The notes: generated by a model from the sequence alone, not told the origin. A stretch of 46,216 nt of DNA, filler included, from Jimgerdemannia flammicorona (GCA_003990765.1; 2 parts of 2 records of this genome joined end to end with filler, not necessarily neighbours in it), one strand, 5' to 3'; shown: positions 23,168-36,354, numbered from the whole stretch's first letter. Made by a program: numbers and translations.

Positions 23168-24902
23168 AAAAAGGGGAAGTGGAGGGACTGCTGGGGGTAG
23201 TGGTGGGACTGCTGATGGTGGTGTAACAGCGATTCGGGAAAAAAAGAGAGATGTGGCAGTTGATGGCCAGGGGGGGCAGGGGTTCCCAATGAGGAAGGGG
23301 GACCTGGCAGATGATGTAACGGGACTGGCAGTGGCCCCGTTGCTCAAGAAGTCAATCTCGGAGTTCGCGGTTACCTTGTGCTTCCGAGGCTTGGCAGTGA
23401 CAGCAAGGATGGTCCTGGGGCTTATCTCGAGGCAGGTGGCTGGGGCGGCTTCGGTGAAGTTCTTGAAGGGCATGGAGGGGGTTGAGGTGGGCTTTGAGGA
23501 GGTGGGCCTACTGGATGAGGCCATGAAGACGGGCATGGTGGTTGGGGAGGTGGTGGTCCCCATGGTAAGGTGCTTGAGGTGGGACCCCAGAGTGGCACAG
23601 CTCCTGGTGAGGGGAGTGCCCATGGTAACTAAGGAGGAGACAAGGAGGAGGGTGGAGGAGGTGATGGTTGAGTATGGAGATGTGGTGGACATTGGCTTTC
23701 AGTTGTGGGAGGGGACGACTATCAGGACGGGCGACATTGATGTCAGGATTCAGTTGGTAGGGAAGGAGGCTACAGGGAAGACGAGTGATTTGCCCTTAGT
23801 GCTGATGTGGGGGGCTGTCGTCTGCAAGGTGTCGAGGGTAAAGGGGAGCGAAGAGAAGGAAGAGGACTTGTTGGAGGCACTGGAGGAGTTGGGTGGTACT
23901 GTGGAGAGAAGGGCGAAGGCCTGGAAACTGTATGAGGAGTCGACGCATCTGGAGGTTGTGGGTGGGAGGCATATCCGTATGGATAAGAAGCAGTGGGAGT
24001 GGATTCAGGGATGTAAGAAGCAGAAGGAGCTATTGGCGAGTATGACTGATGGGGGGAAGAAGAAGTCAGGTGGAGCTGAGGAGGCTGGAGGCACTGAGGC
24101 CAGTGTCTGGGCTGGCAAAGTGGGAGAGGAGGTGGAGGCGAAGGAGACAGGGACTGGGAAGGGGCTGGACAAGGACCCATTTGCTGATGGTACCTTTGAA
24201 GTGTGGGAGCCAGTGCTGGATACCACCCCCCCCCCACTTATCAGGAGGGGCCCAGTTGGGAAGCGAGGGGGGACAGAGGATACACAGATGCAGGGGGCCC
24301 AGCAGGTGCGATTTGGGGTCCCTGATATGGCTCAAGGGGGTCAGGTAGTGGCAGTTGGCGAGGATGAGCTGGTGGATGTCCCTGAGGAGGAGTGGGATGA
24401 GGCTGCTAGTGTAGGAGCTGACACCACAATGTTGGATGCAGGGCGACTGGGGACTCTGGGAGGGAAGGAGGTAGGGAACTTGTTGTGGGTATGCAAGGTG
24501 ATGGATAACCTCGCAGCAGAAGCATTGGGGGAGGTGGACCTGCGGGCGATGCCTGAGGAGCATTGGGCAATGATTCTGCATGGGGATGGAATAGTGGAGG
24601 CTCTGAAGGTGGAGATTCTGGCGATTTTGATGGAGGAGGAGGGATATGAGGTTGATGAGGTGAGGAAGGCAGAGCTGGGGGTGGTCGCTGGTGAGAGGGC
24701 AGATTACTGTTGGGCAGAGCGTCATGGTCTGCAGCTCTGGCAGGAGGCCTGTCTGGAGTATCATGAGGATTTTGAGGAGTGTGAGGATGGGGCAATGGTA
24801 GAACTTCTGGGAGAGTTGGAGGCACAGGAAGCTGGGGAGAGGAAACTGGCTGCTGAACTTAACTTGGACTTGGTGCAGGAGAGGCAGGATGCCGACTTAT
24901 AG
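23168..24902 (+). CDS. LINE ORF1 (5'-incomplete, >549 aa; RRM-like segment, acidic C-terminus)
   Basis: Frame open from the gap to TAG 24900-24902; LLVRGVP...EYGDVVDI...TGDIDV...LP resembles Tx1/L1 ORF1 RRM regions. Confidence 0.8.
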
Positions 24903-24934
24903 AGGATGGGCCCTGACATATATCATTATTCTTT

Positions 24935-27900
24935 ATGAACAGTACAACCAACATTTTTTCCTTGAATGTGAATGGGCTAAGGGGCTCTGGGTGGCGTAGG
25001 AACATTTTTACTTGGCTCAAGAGATTGGAGGCTGATCTCTTTTTATTGCAGGATGTTTGATGTGAGGATGAGGATGATCGGGTGGAGTAGACTAGAGAGT
25101 GGGGGGGGGCTGCTGCTTGGTTTGGAAAGGTGGCGATTCTGGTGAGGAAGGGCAGAGGAGACTTGGGGGGAATCAGAAGCTAGGGTGATCACTTGGTCTG
25201 GGGAGATTGGCATCAGCCAGGGTGAGAATCAGTGATGGTGGGCTCTTGCTACTGCCCTGCGGTTAGGGGTGAGAGGACTGCATGGATTAGGGGATTGCTG
25301 GAGGAGGGTGTTCTCTTGGAGGAAGGGGTCGATGTTCTCGGTGGGGACTTTAATATGGTTCGGGATCAGCATCTGGATAGAACTGATGGAGGGAGGGGTG
25401 CCAGGGGTAGAAGTGGAGGTCTGGATGCATGGGAGGAGGTGGAGATGCTGAGCTCCTTGGGGGATATGGGCCGAATGAGGTGGGGTGCCACCAGGGTTTA
25501 CACACATTGAGTGAATGGCCTGGGCACAAGGATTGACTGGATTTTGACAGTGGAGTGCTGGGGCTCAGATGTTTGGAAGGCATTGGAAGTAGAGTGGTGC
25601 CCATGGTCTGATCACTGGGGACTGTTGGGGCAGGGGCAGTTTGGGGGAAGTGGAGATGGACCCGGACATTGGTGCCTTAACTCCTCCCTGCTGGCTGAGA
25701 AGGGGCTGTGGGAACTATGGGTGGAGGACATTCAGGCGAGAGTTTGTATCTGGAAGTGTGAGGGTTTGCCTGTGGTTGCCCGTTGGATGCGATTGAAAGA
25801 GACTGTAAGGGTTTATTGGGGAGAGGCTGGTAGGGAGGCTGGGAGGCAGCGAAGGAGACGTACGAGGTGCACTTCCAGTAGGCTGAGGAGACTACAATTA
25901 GATTGGGCAGACTTGCTCACTGTTGTAGGGGTGGAGGATTGGAGGTTAGAGAGGGCGAAATTGGAGATAGTGGAACTACAACAGGTGCTGAGGGAAGAGG
26001 AGGAGACACATATACGGGGCATGGCTGCTAGGCTGCAGTGGCAGGGGCTTGAGGAGGGTGAGCGGCCTACTAGGTACTTATCAAGACTTCTCAAAGCTAG
26101 GAGGGTGCGTCATCAGTGGGAGGGGGTCCTGGATGCTGATGGGGACATGGTTCATAGCATGCAACAAATCCTGGGGGTCTTGAAGGAGAGGTGGCAGGAT
26201 TTGTGGAGTGAGGGAGAAGGGGGTACAGATGAGGCAGAGATTGCGAGTACACTAGAGGAGTGGGAACCACTGCAGGTTGATGGACTGGGGGACTTGATCT
26301 CACCGGTCAAGGAAGAGGAGATCCAGGGTGTCCTGGCCGCAACTAAGCTTGGGACTGTGCCAGCAGAGGATGGATTGCCTTGGGACTTCTGGAAGAAGAT
26401 GGTGAATGTCCCTGGAGTATTGGGTGAGATGGCTGATCTTTGTGACCATGTCCTTCAGAGTGGGATGTGGGTTGGAGAGCAGGATTTGGGGCTGGTGGCC
26501 CTACTGTACAAGGATAAGAGAAGAAGGGAAGACTGGAAGAACTGGAGGCCAATCATGCTTCTGGATATAGACAGGAAGATGGTGACTAAGGTGATTGTCG
26601 CAAGGCTGCAGAAGGTTGCCCAACAGGTGCTGGGGGAGGAGCAGAGGGGCTTTGTTGGGGGTAGGCTAATAAGAGATGGAACTGCATGGGTTCATGGTGT
26701 CATTGAAGGGGCCCGGGCCTGTGGACTGGATGGGAGGTTGGTCTTTCTGGACCAGGAGAAGGCCTACGACCGTGTATGGTGGGTGTGGCTGGGAAAGGTG
26801 TTGGACTGCATTGGTGTTCCCCCAACATTTAGGACCTCTATGTTGAGTCTGCTGGAAAGTAGTTGGGCAGCTCTGACGTATAATGGTCACCATGGGAGGG
26901 CTTTTCCCTTGGGAAGAGGGGTACCTCAGGGGGACCTGCTATCCCCGATTCTCTATGCCCTTTCACTGGAGCCATTGATGGATAGGATCCGCCAGAAGAT
27001 AGCAAGACTCTCTATATATAGTATCGTGTGGAAGGTGGGGGCCTTTGCTGATGATATGGTGGTTGGACTTGGGTCTGTGGCAGATGTCGAGGCACTTAAG
27101 GAGACTGTGGAATGGTATGAGGCTCATTCAGGGGTGAAACTCAACTGGCATAAGTGTGAGACAATGGTGCTAGGGAATGGGTTAGTGGGTGGGGATGTCA
27201 TTGGAACAATTGTCCCTACTGGTGAGGTGGTGAGGTATCTGGGCATCTTCCTCTCTATATATGGTTCTGTCTTACCATATGTGTGGTGGGAGGGCAGGGT
27301 GAATAGTTGGGGGGAGGCCCTTCGAGAATGGGGAGGCCGCCATATCTCTCTAGCAGGGCGGGTGTCGATCCTGAATGTATATTGGTTCCCAAAGCTGTGG
27401 TATGTAGCATATCACCTAGACTTCCCAGCATGGGTGGTGAAGAGGCTACTGAAGGTGGCGAGGGATTGGATCTGGGCAGGGAGGAGGTCCCAGGTCAGTT
27501 GGGATACTCTTGCGAGACCAGTAGTCAGGGGAGGTCTTGGCCTGGTGGATTTCCCTAAGAGGCTACACTGCTTGAGAGCCTGGTGGTTGAAGAGAGCTGT
27601 GGAATTACAGGGCAGAGGTTGGGTGCCTCTGCTGCAGAAGGTATGGGAGATGCGAACATCCCCTTGAGGGTCCTCTGGGGACCTGCTCTCTTTGGTGGGG
27701 CTGAATGGAGTTCGGAGGCTATGGTTCAAGGGGTTTTGGTAGGGTGTGGCTGAGGGAGCACACCGAATTGGCCTGTGCTGGCAAGGTAATGAGGGGGAGG
27801 TAGTGTGGGGGCCTAATATGTGGTGTTGGGATCGACTGCTCCTGGGGGGTACCCCCCTGGCTGCGTTCGATATTGGGGAGGGAGTGGAGTGTCAGCAGGG

Positions 27901-28531
27901 GCTTGGCCAGGACCTTTGGCCAAGTGGCTGGCAGGCTGTTGGAATCGGAGAGGAGTGGGACTGGGCAGGCATCTGGTCTTGGAGTGCTGAGGTATGGAGG
28001 TGGCTTCCTCCCAAGTACTGGGTGGTATGGTGGAGAATGTTGCAGAGGAATGTCATGCTGAATTTCCACTCGGGGCATTTAGTAGAGGGTGGACAATTTG
28101 ACTGCGAGGAGTATTATGATGTTGGGCAAGCTGGGGGTTATGTACAGATGCCGGAACATTGGCTGGGAGAGTGTGAGGTCTTGGGGGAATTTTGGGCTGA
28201 GATAGGGGATAGACTGGGTGTTGGGCATCAGCTGGTAGGGGAGGGGGGTCGCTGGGAGGACTTAAAATCTCGGCTTGTGGGTGGGATAGGGGATAGTTGG
28301 CTCACTGTAGGATGGGTGTTGGCAGTATGGGTGGGACTGATGGGATATTGGCTTTTCATGTTTGAGGAGGGGCAGTGGCTGGGGCTACATGAGAAGGTGT
28401 TACGGTGGGAGGAGCTACGTGAGAAGGTGTTATGGTGGGAGGAGCTGGTGGGGGATCTGCTGACAGGTTGGTGGGTGGGTTGGGGACCTCAGGGGGGACG
28501 ACGTCGAGGTTTGGTGATGGAGAAGTGTGAG
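24935..28531 (+). pseudogene. LINE ORF2 (APE endonuclease-reverse transcriptase-Cys/His domain) with several nonsense codons
   Basis: MNSTTNIFSLNVNGL, LGGDFN, RIDWIL, SDH; RT WRPIMLLDID, LDQEKAYDRV, GVPQG, FADD, RYLG; C-terminal DCEE(C/Y)...PEHWLGEC; stops in the APE region and at 27665-27667. Confidence 0.93.
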
Positions 28532-29030
28532 ATCTTAGAAGACTTTTAAAAGATAATTAGTAGTCAGCTGAGAGTATATCTATCTGAGTAGAAGATAGAG
28601 GAGTGGTGGGCTGTCCTTTAGATACAGCTGGTGGGAGGGGTAGATAATGAGTAGTTGATAGTTAGGTGGGCTCTGACTATTTGGATTGAGCTTGCTAGAT
28701 ATTAGCTATATATATTTGAAGATAGTCAGAAGTTAGTACTTTGGGTATAGGTTATATAGTGAGAGTGGTTAATATTGGAGCTTCTGAATAGATAGTGATA
28801 GAGATAGAGACCCTGAGGGAATCTGCAGTATAGACTTGTAGAGAGAATTTATATAAAGAGTGGGAGAAAAATCAGTATATCTGGGGGGGTAGTTTTCTTC
28901 TAAAGAGATGGGAGGAGAGAAAGAGAGAGCTCTCTATAGAATTGGGTAAAGAGAGCTCATCTATATTAATATAATATAAAATGGTTGGTAATAAATATAG
29001 GAGTCTAAGTAACTATAAAATAAAAATAAA
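28532..29030 (+). mobile_element. Old LINE family A 3' fragment with polyadenylation signal and A-rich tail
   Basis: Aligns with 1820-2313; ggtAATAAAta.aggagtc.aagtaactata followed by an A-rich run. Confidence 0.85.
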
Positions 29031-31980
29031 AATGGAGTTATCTGACTCTCTACCAGTTTCTGAACTAGCCCTATTCTTATTATATTTAAGAAAGAAGGAT
29101 AGAGACTCTATATATACTATAGAAAGCTTAACTAAGTAATAAAAAAAGATATCTACTCTTTGCCAAGAATTGATAACCTCCTAGACCAACTATAAGATAT
29201 CAGATACTTCAGCAGTATAGACCTTTTTACAGAATTTTATAAGATCTCTATAGACTTCAAGGATATTCAGAAGACAGCTTTTCTTACTCTAGAAAAACTG
29301 TTTGAATATCTCTAAATATTCTTTGAACTCTGTAATATACTCTCTATCTTTTAGAGAATAATGAACTCAGTCTACAGTCTACTGATCCACTACTATCTGA
29401 TTATATATACATTATGATGAGCAGCAGAATTATACTGTTGAAATCATAAATTAGCCACATATTATATCTAGTGTACTAAGCAACCAAGACTGCTTTACTG
29501 CACCAAACCTGTATAATTAGCCAGAGATACTAGAAACAGTATATTTATCTGTATCAGTCCAGTATACTGTACTGAGTGAATATACTGTTCTGGTCTAGTA
29601 TACTATACCATTCAGGTATATATATCATAGATAGCAATCTATAATTAGCTACATAGTAACCAGTAGCAACCACAACTGTATAAAATACCCCAGAGATAAG
29701 AGTGAATAAACCTCAGTCTGAAATTGAATCTAAAGCAACAGCATTCTCTTTCCACTCTGGTCCCCTTTTCAATACAAAGCCTTGGTTCGCTTGCCAGATA
29801 AGCCTGAAGAATTTGAGTGTATCTGCCACTTGAAGAGCCACCATTTTCAAGAAGTTCACCATCTTGCCACAAAGCCAATCTCTTTTGATGTAACTTCACA
29901 CAAATGAAGCCAGTCTTGACATAACTTTGCCAAGAAAAGAATCTGAGTTATTTAAGAAGTCCGCCGATTCAGGAAGAATCTGCGTCATCTGCTGTTTTCG
30001 AGTTATCTGCTATTCCCAGAGAGCCCACTATTCTTGCCACAAGCCAGTCTATCTGATGCAACTTCGCAGTGGAGCCAGTCCATCTGACATAACCCCATGC
30101 AAATGAAGCCAGTCTTTGACATAACTTGCCAAGAATCCGCGACATCTGAGTTATCCGCGTTATCCGAGTTATCTGCATTATCTGAGTTATCCGATATTTC
30201 CAGAAGAACCTGCCGACCTGCACCCAAATCCAGTTATCCGCCAAAATCGCATACTTTTGGAGAAACATCACGCTACACAAGAGATCGTCACGCCAAGATC
30301 GTCATGCAGAAATCACACATACTTTTGGAGATCGTTGCGCTACACAAGATCGTCATGCAGAAATCGCATACTTTTGGAGATCACAGAGATCGTCACCCAT
30401 ACTGTGCCACATGCAAATTGCCGCTACACCCAGAGAACCGTCCCAATAAGGAAATCGATCGCAGATATCCAGCTTTGACTATTATACCACTAAACACCAA
30501 GGATCTTAGGAATCTTAGAACATTTTGTTGCTTTTTGACATAGTAACTGGGGGCTCAAGCCAAACTACACCAACCCCCAACCTTGTAATTTAATTTGCCT
30601 CTATTGAGCCAGGCACGTTACAACATATAGATAATTCTAACATCTATTTAGCAAATTTTGAAGAACCCCTGCACTATCTAGAAGAATTCTTCCAGCTCAC
30701 CTATAAGAACTACCTGAGACTCAATACTAAGAAATACTACTTTGAAAAACAGAAACTCAAATTTCTTAGATTTATAATTTCTAAAAAAAAAACCCCATAA
30801 AGACCTAAAGAAAACTGAGAAGATCAACAACTGACCAGTATCTAAGATCCAGAAGGAAACACTATTATTCCTAATATTAGTATTCTACTACAGAAGATTT
30901 ATCAAGAACTTTATCCAAATCACTACTCCAATTCAAACCCTTCTCAAGAAAGAAGTACTATACAAATAGATAGAACTACAAGAACTAGCCTTCAGAGAGC
31001 TCAAACACTATATGACTATAGCACCAATCCTTATATAACCTAATCTATAGAGACTATTCATATTATATACAAATTCCTCTAAAGATAGTCTTTGAACATC
31101 CTAGCTCAAGAAGGATCTAACCAGTAGTACTATATAATAACTTATATAAGTCAAGCTATCAATCAGTAGTAAGCTAATTATAGTAACACCAAACTAGAAT
31201 ATCTTGTAGTTATATAGGCAGTCACCCTATTCAAATACTACTTTATCAGAAAAAGATTTACTTTAATAACTAATTATATTACTTTCAAATAGCTACTTAA
31301 CTATAAGAAACCTATTGAAATTCTTATTTACTGGATTCTTATCCTATAGAATTACAAAATCACCATTATTCACAAAGCAGAGAAAGCTAACAATAATATT
31401 GATATACTTTTCCACTAGCTCTAATAAATCAGAAAAAGAGTATATTAAGAAACTAAATTCTAAAAAAAGCTTTTATAACTATTAAAGTACAAGATCTCAT
31501 CTAATAAAAATACCAGAAAGTTCATCAGAGATAGATAAATATAGAGGAGAGGCTATAAATAATATATCAATACTAGTCCTATCTCAGAATATAAGTTTGA
31601 GATATATTTAAGAAATATAACATCTACTAGAAGTATTATAAAAAGAAGAGTACTAAGTATGTACTACTATAACTAATTATACCATCAGATTATATCTTTC
31701 AAAGATGAGAAATAGATGTTATTAGACTCTTATTAGTTATACTAAGAAAAAACAAATATATTCTAGTATTTGTAGAATATCTAATCAAATAGCTCAAAGC
31801 TTTTTCAACAAAATTACTAATATCTTGATCATTTTTGGCCTCCTCTATAGTCTCATACTTAGATATAGACTCTCAGAAGAACTTATTTCTAATAGAGATA
31901 TAGAATTTATTAATAATATAATCATAAGTTATATCTAAATTTACAAGATCTATCTCAAATAAACTACATCATATGTACCT
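29031..31980 (+). mobile_element. pol: Highly eroded Ty3/gypsy pol relic (RT-RNase H-integrase) split by a solo LTR
   Basis: YRKLN...DIYSLPRIDNLLDQL...FSSIDL; RNase H region 31050-31420; integrase motifs resembling WGIDVIGP, VEYLTKW and ELISDRGTEF after reversing G>A/C>T changes. Confidence 0.85.
29413..30622 (+). mobile_element. Solo LTR, family A, TSD ACAT
   Basis: T(A)TGATGAGC...GTTACA; ACAT at 29409-29412 and 30623-30626; TATA-like ~29678 and AATAAA ~29705; homologous to 32371-33746. Confidence 0.88.
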
Positions 31981-32370
31981 CTGCTTCTTATTCTAAAGCT
32001 TATAGGAGTAGATCTAACTATTCTTACTCTAATCTAATTATTGAGTTTATATGGTAGATTCCTACTCTATGGTAGAGTGATATTCAGATTAAAGTAGTAT
32101 AGTATTGATCTGAATCAATTCACTCCTCAGTTACTATTTATACTTCAGAGTTAGAGATATAATCTAAAAATTTCTGATTAATTATAGTAATTGATTCTGA
32201 GGTCTTAGTATAGTCAGTGTGGCTTTAGATAAGTATGTATAATCTATAGTAGCTACAGATATTTCTAAAGCCTGAGTGGTGGTTTCTAAATATCTTATAA
32301 AGATTTTAATAGATTTGGTCTACAAGCTATTGATTGAGATATTGATTAGTATTTTCCTAATTCTATCTAG

Positions 32371-33746
32371 TGTGATGAGCAAATAGTATAATATAGCCAG
32401 ATGATATGAATTCAGCATAGTATAGTTACCAATACATATCATACTTATAATTAACCAGAATACTGAATCAGGGTTGTTTAACTGTGTCCTGAGGATACAT
32501 CTGTATCTGGCAGACATACTTATGTCCTGCAGACACACTCATATCTTAAGGATACACTCAAACATTACCAGAAATAATAAATCTATAATTATCTAGATAG
32601 CAATCAGATAGTAATCACAATATATAAAATACTCTAGAGACAAGAGTGAATAAACCTCAGTTCTGAAATATAAAGCAAAAGACAAGTCTACCTACTATAC
32701 TTCAAGAGATATATATGCCTGCCAAAAGCCACTTGATCTAGAAAAGGATTGCAATACTTAGGAGAAATGTCTACTCTATAGTCACTACTAGGATATTGTG
32801 AGCTTTGTCCCTTTCTCACTCTGGTCTACTTTCCAATACAAAGCCTTGGTTCACTTATCAGATAAGCCTGAAGTTTGCCACCAAGTTCAAAGAAGAACTT
32901 CACTGCCATTTGAGAAATCTGCCACTTAAGGAATAAGCCACTATGTTTTTGGTTCACTTTCCAGACTAAGTCCGAAGAACCAGAGTTATTATTCTAGAAG
33001 CTCACTGATTCAGAAGAATTCATATCACCTGCTGTTTTTAAGTTATCTACATTTCCAGAAAGCCTGCTATTCTTGCTACAACTAGTCTCTTGGCATAACT
33101 TCACAGTGATTCATTTGTGCAAATGAAGCCAGTCTTGATATAACTTGCCAAGAACCCAAGTTATTATTCCCAGAAGAGCCCAATTTGGAAGAATCTACAC
33201 TATCTAAGTTATTTCCCAGAGAGCTACCAGTTAAGAAGAATCCGTGACATCTGGATTATCTAAGTTATCTGAGTTATCCACACCATCCAAGCTATTAGTT
33301 TGTTCCCAGTGAGTCCAAGAAGAACCTGCCATCAGTATAATTTCCAGAGAACCCAACTTAGAAAAATCTGTGATATTCAAGAACCCTGCTGATTGTACCA
33401 CAGAGATCATTGTACTACACAAGTTTGTCATACAGAAATTGTATACTTTTGGAGATCATCATGCTATACATAAAATTCTACCAATTCCCAGTTGACTCAA
33501 AAAGAAAATCCATTTACACACAAATTGCCGCTATATCCAGAGAATCATCCCAATAAGGAAATCTGCATAAATTGACTACTATGCAAACAGAGGAACTACT
33601 ACTGTATCCAGATTGATGATTATACCACTAAATACCAAGGACCTCAGGAATCTTAGAATATTTTATTGCTTTTTGCTGGGGGCTCAAGCCAAACTTCATC
33701 AACCTCCAACCTTGTAATTTGCCTCCATTGAGCCAGGCATGTTACA
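32371..33746 (+). mobile_element. Solo LTR, family A, TSD CTAG
   Basis: TGTGATGAGC...TGTTACA; CTAG at 32367-32370 and 33747-33750. Confidence 0.9.
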
Positions 33747-34093
33747 CTAGTCCTAATGACTGTTATAAGATAGGTTCTAGTCTATAGATCAATTGAATTA
33801 TCCATAATTAGTTCTGGATATTCTCTTATCTAAGATTGAATCTTAATTCCAACTTATAAGAGAGTCTTAATACTATCTTGGCTTGAAATTCTACTACTAT
33901 TAAGTTATAATATACTTATCTCAACTTCTCTTATATCTTTAGATAACTTGAACAATAAGATATTACTTAGGAATTTAATACACATATATATTAAGAAGCT
34001 GTTTAATTATTCTTTCACTTAGTAGTATTTATTAAGATTGAGAAAGTATAGTTTCTTATAGCAGAAAATAAAGGTGTTATCCTTCTTTAGTAA

Positions 34094-34414
34094 TAGTGCT
34101 CTCAAATGAATTGAATCAATTCGAATTGAATCAAATTGAGGGTCCAATTCGAAACCTATTTTTATAAATATAATAACTCGACGAATACATGTCCAAATTC
34201 AATGTTATTTAGCTTATTAGATTCCCCTATATAAGGGGAATCTAACAAGCTAAAGATCATTGAATTTGGATGTGTATTCGTTGAGTTATTTAATTTCTAA
34301 AAATAGAGTTCGAATCAGACCTTGAATCAAATTGGGTCTCAATTCGATTCAAAGTTTTTGAATTGAATCAAATTTGGGTCCAATTTGATTCAATTCGATT
34401 CGTTGGGAGTACTG
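34094..34414. mobile_element. 321-bp fold-back MITE, probably hAT-derived, TSD TTTAGTAA
   Basis: TIRs tagtgctctcaaatgaattgaat / attcgattcgttgggagtactg; 8-bp TSD at 34086-34093 and 34415-34422; internal palindrome centred near 34231. Confidence 0.85.
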
Positions 34415-36354
34415 TTTAGTAATAGTGGTTATAAGAGACATATTCTTACTATATATAGACTAAATATCTTATAATTTAGATTTAAAGAGATTTCTTTTTT
34501 AGATTTATATATCAGTTCTTAGTTCTAATAAAAGTTAGCTGAACTTCTAGAGTTTAGTCAGAAATACTAGAGTAACTTAGATATCATTACTAAGAAACTC
34601 AGAGAAATATATATAGAGAGAGATTTGTACTTAACTAAGAGCTGGTTTATTTCAAATATAATTACTGAGATATTTATACATATTAGCTAAGTAATAGTTT
34701 ATAGTTTTCTAACTAAGTATATATAACTAATTTAGTATATAATTATATTGATTATTTGTTTGCAAAATGAATGGTCTATATTGTACTTTAGATAAATAGG
34801 ATAATATATTAGTTAAGTAATACAGTTACTATAATATAGGCTATAGCTTTAATATTAAGATATTTTGATATATTATTTCTATATTTTGCTTATCTCACTT
34901 ATATCATTCATCTTTTTATATATTACTCATTTATAATATTATTACTGGGTTATGTGATTACTATTTATAGTATATTATCAATTTATTTATAATATAATTT
35001 TTATTATATCTCTTTCTCTAAATATATATATTATATACTCTAGAATACTATCCTTGACTATCAATACTAGTTTATCTAAAAATATATTAATTTAGATATA
35101 TATGATCTTGAGTAGTATTTATAAGCTACTGATAAAGTTATATCTAGAATACAATAGATTATCAGATATTTTATAACATTAAGAAACTATTAAGTAGATA
35201 GACTCATTATTAAGAGTAATATAAATATTTTAGAGATTTTGAACAAATATAATATCTCTACTTTTAGACAGTAAATTCTACTCTATATTTATTAATTATT
35301 CAGAAAAATATCCTTTATTATTAGTGATATATAAGGTATTACTCTTGTTAAAATTGATGATCTCAATAATACTCATACTATATAAATAGAGTTAAATCTT
35401 ATAAATGACTTTAATCTCTAAGACTACTATAATAATAACACTTAGCTATATGAGAATAAGATATTCAATACTATTATTAGTCTCTTTTAAGAACTAATTA
35501 TATAAGTCATAATCTCTATTAGTATCTAACTATCTGACTACTCTATCAGACTAATCTCTAACTAGTTATCTATATTATCTGAGATCATAAGTTTAGAGAC
35601 TAACTCAGATGAGTCAACCTATTTTTCTTCTTTCTAATTTCTTATATAGAAGTCTTCTATTACTATATAATATAATATAATATATAATAAGTCTATAGCA
35701 AAATCTAGAATAATTATCTCATAGTTAATATATAAAGATAATATTATTAAATAGTATTATTATGACTTAGTAATAATACTATTATAGTATAATCTTTATA
35801 TTATATTTTAGTAACTTTATATCTTAACCAATAGTTAGCAAAAGTTAAAAGATCTCCAAAATGTATAAATACTTCTATAAATATAATATAATAAAAGACA
35901 GAATTTTTACCTCTCAATTAATTAGTCTCTGAATTATTTAGAATAAAATATAATATCTAAAATTAGATATTTTGAACTTTATAAATACTTATACTCTAAA
36001 GAATATATATAATTCTCAGAACTAGACTATATCTGAAAAGGATATACTAAAAGACTTAAACTTTAAAGAATTAAAGTCTGTAATTGCTAAATTATTATAT
36101 AAGTCTATCAGAAGAGAATTAGATCAATTAGAGATATAACAGACAGTACTTAGATATTAAGATAGCTACTTTCTCAAACTAAAGAAATCTAATATAAGTA
36201 TCTTTAAGGTATTGATACTAAGGATTATTAACTTAAGAAGTATAATTATAATAATAGTAAAATATATTATTATATATATATTTCAAGATATCTTTCAATT
36301 GTTCTTTTGTTTAGTTATATTTACTAAGATTGAGAAAGTATAGTTTCTTTATAG

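Larger units (their letters stand above)
23168..28531 (+). mobile_element. Near-full-length, youngest L1/Tx1-like LINE (family A copy 4)
   Basis: ORF1, a 32-nt spacer and ORF2 with APE, RT and C-terminal Cys/His region; partial CpG retention; 5' end lost in the gap and own 3' UTR missing. Confidence 0.95.

Noticed and set aside
27665..27667. TGA as a true ORF2 end or readthrough site
   Set aside because: Other copies have CAG, CAA or AAG here; best explained as a C>T mutation.
23120..28078. Many Pro/Ser/His-rich antisense ORFs over the LINEs
   Set aside because: By-product of the G-rich sense strand; one spans the N gap.
30097..30543. 148-aa ORF in the solo LTR
   Set aside because: Built from tandem repeats and not kept open in the second LTR copy.
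34028..36354. ~34-bp duplicate at 34028-34061 and 36320-36354 as a long TSD
   Set aside because: No element boundaries can be defined between them; more likely two fragments of one eroded repeat.
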